Source: an uncultured Alphaproteobacteria bacterium
GTDB lineage: Bacteria > Pseudomonadota > Alphaproteobacteria > Rs-D84
Assembly (NCBI GenBank): GCA_905233975.1
Contig: CAJOGD010000002.1
Span: forward strand, 1,574-65,573
DNA length: 64,000 bases
Direction of reading: 5' to 3'
In this document: piece by piece, positions 54,537-61,900 of the stretch
Numbering within the stretch: position 1 is the stretch's first letter
How the letters are laid out: each line of letters begins with the position of its first letter
The notes under the pieces: generated by a model
The model's input: only the letters and a program-made list of their open reading frames with translations
What the model was told of the DNA's origin: nothing
The model's database searches: none
Position numbers and translations under genes: made by a program

Positions 54537-55292
54537 ATGGCGGGTTTTAATCATTTTACGTCTGAAAACATCGGCCTTTCGGTGCTGGGGCACCTGGTAC
54601 TGATTGGTGTGTTGGTGTTTGTCGCGGGCGTTGTTATTGGCACGCGCGAACGATTCATCGCACCCGACCGGGTTCAGATTATGATGATAGATTTGGCCCA
54701 GGTAAAAGTGACCGGTGATGAGTCCATGTTGTATAATACCAATGTGCCGGATAAAAATGAAAAGCAAGATGTGAAAGAGCCGGAAGTGAAGCCAACACCG
54801 GAACAAGATGCCGCGGCAAAAAGCGAAGAAAAAATTGAAACGCCGACCGTTATCCCCGAAGAAAAACCAAAGCCGGCGGCGGAAAATAAACCCAGGGAAG
54901 AACGGCCTGATGATAAACCGGCGCCGATTAAAAAGACGGTTATTCGCGTAAATCGGAACACAACGACGCTTAATACGGGGCTTTCGGTGTCTATTATTGA
55001 TGCGTTGCGACATAAGATGACGAATTGCTGGGTCATTGACACGTCGCGGCCCGATATTTCGGATATTCGTGCGGTTGCGCATTTAACTATGCGGACGAAT
55101 GGGACGGTTGCAGATGTGTGGTTCGAAAACGCGTCCGCGGCGGATACGAATCCGGCGTTCGCCTATGTGTTGGAAACAATACGTGCCGCAATAAATACGT
55201 GTCAACCCTTGGACATGTTGCCGCGTGGGGAATATAAAACCTGGCGACAAATTCAACTTACTTTCTTTCCATCACAGGGAACGGTGATGTAA
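54537..55292 (+). CDS. TolA/TonB-like protein
   Basis: N-terminal TM helix, a K/E/P-rich linker (..EPEVKPTPEQDAAAKSEEK..) and a C-terminal ~90-aa globular domain. It sits in the position of tolA. Confidence 0.6.
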   Translation: MAGFNHFTSENIGLSVLGHLVLIGVLVFVAGVVIGTRERFIAPDRVQIMMIDLAQVKVTGDESMLYNTNVPDKNEKQDVKEPEVKPTPEQDAAAKSEEKIETPTVIPEEKPKPAAENKPREERPDDKPAPIKKTVIRVNRNTTTLNTGLSVSIIDALRHKMTNCWVIDTSRPDISDIRAVAHLTMRTNGTVADVWFENASAADTNPAFAYVLETIRAAINTCQPLDMLPRGEYKTWRQIQLTFFPSQGTVM

Positions 55293-55322
55293 GTGGTTAG
55301 CGCAAGTGATTAGTGGTTAGTG
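55289..55322 (+). repeat. GT[AT]AGTG heptad cluster overlapping the tolA-like stop codon
   Basis: G-TAA-GTGGTTAGCGCAAGTGATTAGTGGTTAGTG. Confidence 0.7.
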
Positions 55323-55371
55323 CGGGCGCGTTTGTGCCCGTTTTATTTTTTTGTTATCCCGCGGAAAATCC

Positions 55372-55402
55372 GAGGAGATACCGGCTTTCGCCGGTATGAC
55401 GA
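55372..55402 (+). repeat. REP-like hairpin (third copy of the GAGATACCG..CGGTATGAC element)
   Basis: GAGGAGATACCGGCTTTCGCCGGTATGACGA. Compare the minus-strand copies at 6018..6044 and 14509..14535. Confidence 0.65.
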
Positions 55403-55408
55403 TTTTTA

Positions 55409-55440
55409 CTAACCACTAACACTAACCACCTGCACTAAAC
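55409..55440 (-). repeat. GT[AT]AGTG heptad cluster downstream of rnpB
   Basis: The minus strand reads GTTTAGTGCAGGTGGTTAGTGTTAGTGGTTAG, directly after the rnpB terminator hairpin (55445..55464, CCGTCCCCGTCGGGGACGG). Confidence 0.7.
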
Positions 55441-55467
55441 AAAACCCGTCCCCGACGGGGACGGATT

Positions 55468-55803
55468 GCCGTAATAGCTGAATGATAAGCCGGATTCTGT
55501 TCCGCCCAAATCCAGTGTCGTTCCGGCGCGTGCGACACCAAACAATTGGGTGGCAAGCATAATTAATCTGCACAATGTGTTGCCACAAAGCGTCAAGCCC
55601 TCTACCCGTTTCCGATTCGGGACAAATCATTGGAAACCTATTTGAAGTTGCTGCACACAGAGATTGCCCGTTTCACTCAGGTTTTCACCTGCTTCGTCAC
55701 TGTTGCTCTAATCGTCAGATTGCTCTGCCCGGCCGTTAACCGGTGTGCCGTCCCGCGCAGTCCGGACTTTCCTCCGCCGCGGAAACCGCGACAGCTATGC
55801 TTT
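55468..55803 (-). ncRNA. rnpB: RNase P RNA (bacterial type A), ends approximate
   Basis: The minus strand contains the universal GAGGAAAGTCCGGAC (rc of 55760..55774) near the 5' end and ACAGAATCCGGCTTATC near the 3' end. P1 pairing is ATAGCTG/CAGCTAT. A terminator hairpin follows. Track ORFs 55409..55630 and 55630..55836 lie inside it. Confidence 0.85.
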
Positions 55804-55950
55804 ATTCAACTATTCGTGATTATAATACGTAAATGAAAAAAAATTGCAAATACTTTTTATAAAAAATTCAAAAAAAAGATATTTTTTGGTTGCGCAATTT
55901 CATGTGATTTTCTACACTGAGTTTCATAGGAATGGATGGAAAGGGATTAA

Positions 55951-58900
55951 ATGTCACGTTTTTTGCGGTTTTTAAAGGTTTTTGTTGTCGCAACCATTTG
56001 CACATTTAGTGCGCTTTCGGCACATGCATGGACCGTTACATTGGTGGATACATCTGCGAAGTACCCCAGTGAGGGTGCCGGGCTTACTCATACGGGCACT
56101 AACGTGACGACATTTCAATCCGGCAGTGTAAATTCTTTCACCCGTCCGTATAGGCCGGGGTATGGTTATGGTGGACACTGGACGGGACAGAATTGTACCG
56201 GAACCCGTATGATAGAACCTAACTTGTTCTATAATACGACGTATTTCCCGGCCGGAACGACTTTTACCGAGGATACAACACTTTACGTCTGTTGGAAATC
56301 GATATTGTCGGCGGTTGGGACGGAATATAGTACCGGGGCAACATGGACACCGCGTGCGATTTTGTTACTTGATGTGAATGGTGGAACCGGCGGAAAATAT
56401 GCTGAGGGGCTTTCTTTCTGGTCGTATAATTCTAACAGTTGGTATGGTGGCGGTACGAGTGGTGTAAATGGTACATGCTATATGGAAAATGTCGGCGGTG
56501 TGGATTTGGTTGGTTTTGATAATTATGGCGATTGGCTTTTACTGGCCACCAATAACAGCGGGACCACCAATTGGGTACGTGTGCATAAACTTGGCTTCGG
56601 TGGCGCCGGCCAGTCGGATCGGTGTTATTTCGCAACCGGTGTCTTTGGGTCGGCCGGTTATACACCACAGCGTGCGAATTATGTCTTTGATGGATATAAC
56701 CAGAATCAGAATGGGAATGGCTTTGGTGTAATCGTCGCGGATGAGACCTATGCCCCATGGAAATTACATGGCGCGGATTATGTGATGAATAACATGCCGG
56801 GTTCTTTTGGCCAGGGTTCAACAAATACCATTTATGCCAAGTGGAAACCGGCGGTGTATCGGGTGAATCTGGCCGGGGCCGGGGTTAGTCCATCGGTGGT
56901 TTATTTGCGGTATGGTGCAACGGATGGCGGCTGGTATGATACCCAGGCGCATGCCGAGGTCGGTGGAAATACTGGTAAATTGACCAGTTTGACCACACAA
57001 CCGTCCAATGGGGACAAGATATTCAAAGGCTATCATGTTGGACAAAATGGTGCCGGGACCCAACTTGTTAGGCAGAATAAGACATTTGTTTATTCATCTG
57101 AGGCGTTGACCGCCATAACAACCAATGGTCAAACGATTTATCCGTATTGGGAAGAACCGCCGGCCGTTTGGTACACATTGACGTTGAATGATAATGGCGC
57201 GCAGACTTCGTCCAATCCGCAGGTGCTGTATTATTCGTCATCGTGTTCGTCAACCGGGTATAGAAGGGTTATGGATTGTTCCTATCCGGTGGTGAACAGC
57301 ATAGTTACCCCGAAAAAGACCGGGTATGCATATGGCGGACATTACAATAATGGGCAAATGTATGTGACCATGGGTGGGGCAATATCGTTTCACCAATTGA
57401 CGAGTGATGTAACCGCCACCGCCACTTGGGCCGCGTTACAGTTTGATGTGAATTATGCGTCCGGTTGGAATGGCAATATTGGTGGTTCGGCGCCAACGAA
57501 TCCAATTCGTTGTACTTATGGTCAGTCGTGTATTGCGCCGGGCAGCGGTTGGACCCATCCGACGGGTTACGTATTCGCGGGCTGGTCCTGTGTTGTGAAT
57601 GGGTCCGGTTATCGTGACGGGGGACAGCAAAACCCCAATGGGACCGCAACGGCCCCATGTGCCCAGGCTGTGTATCACGAGGGCGATTCGCTGAGTGATG
57701 CAACCAATGTTGAAACGGTCGCGGGTATAACCAGTATTACCCTGACGGCGCTATGGATGCCGGATGGAAATAACTATCATAAATTTACTTTGAATAGTAA
57801 TCGTCGTGATGCCGGTGGTAATGATGGCGAAGGTCGGGCCGGAAGTACCGAATCCGCGTTTTATTCGGTTGAAAATGTTGGGTGGTTCCGCGCCAAAGAT
57901 ATTGATGCCCAGATAACCACGACGCCGCCAAACATATTTAGGCCGGTTTCCGAAGGTGGTGGCGGTTTGAACGCCCCAACCCCACCATCGGGCAAGTGGT
58001 TTGTTGGTTATTTTACAAGTCCAGATGAAGGCCAGGGTGTCAAGGCGGTTGACTATGCCGGAAATATATTGGTTACTACCACTCAAAATGGGTTTACCGC
58101 GGACAGAACGTTATATGCGCATTATGCGGATCCGATAACGGTGACATTGCATGCATATTGTGATGGTTATGATGAGTTTAACTGCTATCCTATGCAACCT
58201 AACTGGACCTGTTCAGAATGCAGTGTGACATCAATTCAGGCTGTGCCTGGGCGTCCGTTGCCGGCGATAAGTTGCGCACCAACCAGGAATCAATCGCAGT
58301 TTATCGGGTATTCCAATTCGCGTGAACCGTATCCGCAGGCTGGAACATTGTATTACTATAGCTATGGTTCCGGCAGTGTGAATCCGGCCCTGAGTGTATG
58401 GCCGGATGACGGACCAACAGATTTATGGGCGGTTTGGGAACGCGTGCCGTCCAGTATTCAATATGTTTGTGATACCGGTAACGGGCGAAAAGATCAGGCG
58501 TATTTTAAATGTCCGGAATATACAGTCCTGACGGGTGGAACGCCGGATTTGTGCCCGGGGACCGCGGCAACAAGTTCAAGTACCGGTAAAAAGTTTGAAC
58601 ATTGGCTTTTGGATAATAATCGTGTTTTTACATCGGGACAGCAAGTCAGTTGGGAATATCAGGTACCAAAGGATCTTGTGGCGGCATATCGTACAATTTA
58701 TCGTGTGCAATTGAATCATAATGGCGCCGATAATGCGGCCGGACCAAATGTTGCCTATTTTGCCGGCGGAAGTTGGTATAGTGACGAATATGCCACAGTT
58801 CCGTTATCGGCGATGAATACGGTGCCAACAAAACTTGGGTATCAATTGCGCGGGTATAAAGTGGATGGGACCGATGTGTTTGCGATTGATGAAAATGGTA

Positions 58901-61900
58901 ATTTTATTTCCAATAACAATAACCTTACTTCTGCGATTAATACGAATAATATCACAATAACCGCAAATTGGACGGTCAAGACGTATATAGCGGCGTTGGA
59001 TCCGCAATTCGAAAACGGGGCCACGAACACATCAACCGGAACACAAAAGATTTTCTATAATATAACGCATGGTTGGGTGGCAAGTAATGGTTCAACAACC
59101 CCGGCGTTGCCAATTACGATACCGACCCAGGCGTATAAAATATTTAATGGGTATTATTTGAATCAAAATGGTTCGGGCTATCCAATCATTGATTCGACGG
59201 GTCAAATATTGGTGACGGGTGATGATGCATTGGCGTTGTTTGCGGGCGGCGACGATATAACCCTGTATGCGGCATGGCAAAATATGCCAACGCCACCGCA
59301 AGATGAAAATAGTTATTTTAGGGTGACAACAACGACAAATATGCCCGCGAATACAACGTTTACATTCGGAATGTCGGCGGAAGGTGACTTCTATGTGGAT
59401 TGGGGTGATGGTATCGTTGAAAATATTAGTCGTACCGGTTATGACCAGGCGCCACAGAAATATTCACATACCTATACCGCGGCCTCTGCCGAGGCAAGGG
59501 TTATTAAGATTTGGGGTCTTGCGACGCGTTATAAACCATATTGGTATGCGGCAACGGCGGGAAGTGCAATATCTTTTGGACAAACCTTTGAAGGCCCGAA
59601 TCTTACCGTTATTAATGGTGATGCCCCGATGACACCGGGATTGGTTGCCGGAATATCTGGGTCACTGGGCGCGGTGTTCCCTACGGTTAATGGTGGTGGA
59701 AACCTGAATAATGTTCCCGGGTTCCAGGGTGCGTTTTCTGGCTGTACAAATTTGGCGGGGACCATACCATATAATTTGTTTAGTGGCGTGACCGGTAATC
59801 GTCAAAACATGTTCCTTAAAACTTTTGAGAATACCGCTGTGACGGGTATATCGGGAAATGCTACGCAACAGGCGCAACTGTTTAGTGGTATAACCGGTGC
59901 GGCCGAAGGTTTGTTCCGCGAAACTTTTAGTGGGACGAATATAACGCAAATACCGTCGGCCATATTCAGTGGTGTTTCCGGTGCGGCGGACTATCTGTTT
60001 TATGGAACGTTTTCGGGATGCCGGAGTTTTACCGCCGATGGTAATGGTGACGTGGTTGTTCCGTCTGGCTTGTTCAATGGCGTTTCTGGGGCGGCCAATG
60101 GCATGTTTATGAATACTTTCTATAATACGAATATAACGAAAGTCCCGGCGGATTTGTTTGGTCGTGTTGTTAGTGGGCAATATCAAGGTGTTTCTGGTGC
60201 GGCAGAGTTGATGTTTGCGGCCACGTTTAATGCATCAGACCTTGCAGAAATACCGTCGAATTCATCGGGCAGTTTGTTTGCCAAGGTTATTAATGGGCAA
60301 TATTATGGTGTGACCGGTGCGGCATCACAACTGTTTGCAAGCACGTTCAACAATACGGATATCACAGAAATACCATCTACTCTGTTTGCGGGTATTTCGG
60401 GCGCGGCACCGGAAATGTTTAGGGACACGTTCGGTGGTACGGATATAACGCAAATTCCATCAAGTTTGTTCTCTGGGGTTTCTGGGGCGGATTCGGCAAT
60501 GTTTCAATGGACGTTCCGGGGTTGTACACACCTGACGGGGTTGCCGCATGGGTTGTTTAGTGGTGTAAGGGGAACTGCAGATAAATTGTTTGATAGTACT
60601 TTCATGAACTGTGCAAATCTTACGGGTTATGTGTGGAAAGATCTCTTTAACCTGGGGTCGGGTGGTCTGACATATAATGCAAGTAATAGCATGATGGTTG
60701 ATATATTTAAAAATACCGGTCTTGCGACGTCATGTTCGCCGTATAATCTGACGGAATATACAACCAATTTCAGTTCGTATTGGGAAAACCCGCACAAGGT
60801 GATTTGTGCACCGGAAGTGACGTTTAGTTGCACAATGTCTGGCGTTGGTGGAACGGGAACACCAAATCCGGCAAATGTATGGATGGATCAGATTTCTACG
60901 TTGTCCGCGATGCCCGCATCATCGAATTGTACGGCGCCGGCAAATCACACCGCCACAGGATATTGGAAATGTACCGGTTCAGATAATTGTTCCGGCACCC
61001 CGAATCGTTGGGTCGCGGGCGGTTCATTGCCAACCTGGTTGACCAGTGCCACAACACCGAATGTTCATTTCTATATGGAATATAATCCGAATACGTATGC
61101 TGTGACGTTGAATCCAAATAATGCCAATGGTGGGGCGTCCGGTAATACCAATATGACATTGTATGAAAAATATGGTATTGGTTGGCATACTAATAGCAAT
61201 GGCGCGTTTTCTCCGACTTTTGTTGTGAGTTCATTGCCGGAACCGCAAACGGGTAAGCTTTTTGGTGGGTATTATACCAGTGCGACGGATAGTAATGCCA
61301 CCATGGTGATAAATGCCAGTGGTCAGGTTATTGCAAGCCCGAATACTATCACCAGTAATGGAACGGTTTGGTATGCGCGCTGGAATGATAATAATGGACC
61401 GTTCACAGTGACATTTAAGTGTGAAGAAGGTGGTTCGGCGATTTCTGGTTATAGCTATAGCATAAATCATGGTGCCACTATAAACGTGCCGGCGGCGAAT
61501 AGTTGTTCCAAGGAAGGTCATACGTTTAGCAATTGGAAGATTTTGGCAAATGATGCAACGATTGCCAATACGACGACCACATATCAATGGAATAATCGTT
61601 TTGGTTCGGATATTGTGCCCGATTGGCAGCCGATTCAAACAACGATTACGCTTAATCCGAATCTTCCGACCATTGCGTCCGGGGAACATGCGGGTGAAAT
61701 TGATGGGTCGTTGGTAAATGCGACATACAGTGATTTCGGTCAGACGGCGATATATACACGCTATGACGACGGTGTGTATCGCAGGAATGAAGGTGGCGTG
61801 CTTAGCGAACAGATGTTGTCGGGGCAAAATCCGTTGACATCGTCGCCGGACAAGGCGGTGAATATAACCTTTAATGCGAATGGTGGCCAAATGGTCTTTG

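Noticed and set aside
55409-55836. ORFs 55409..55630 (minus) and 55630..55836 (plus)
   Set aside because: Both fall inside the RNase P RNA gene, which is recognised by GAGGAAAGTCCGG and ACAGAATCCGGCTTA. They are not protein-coding.
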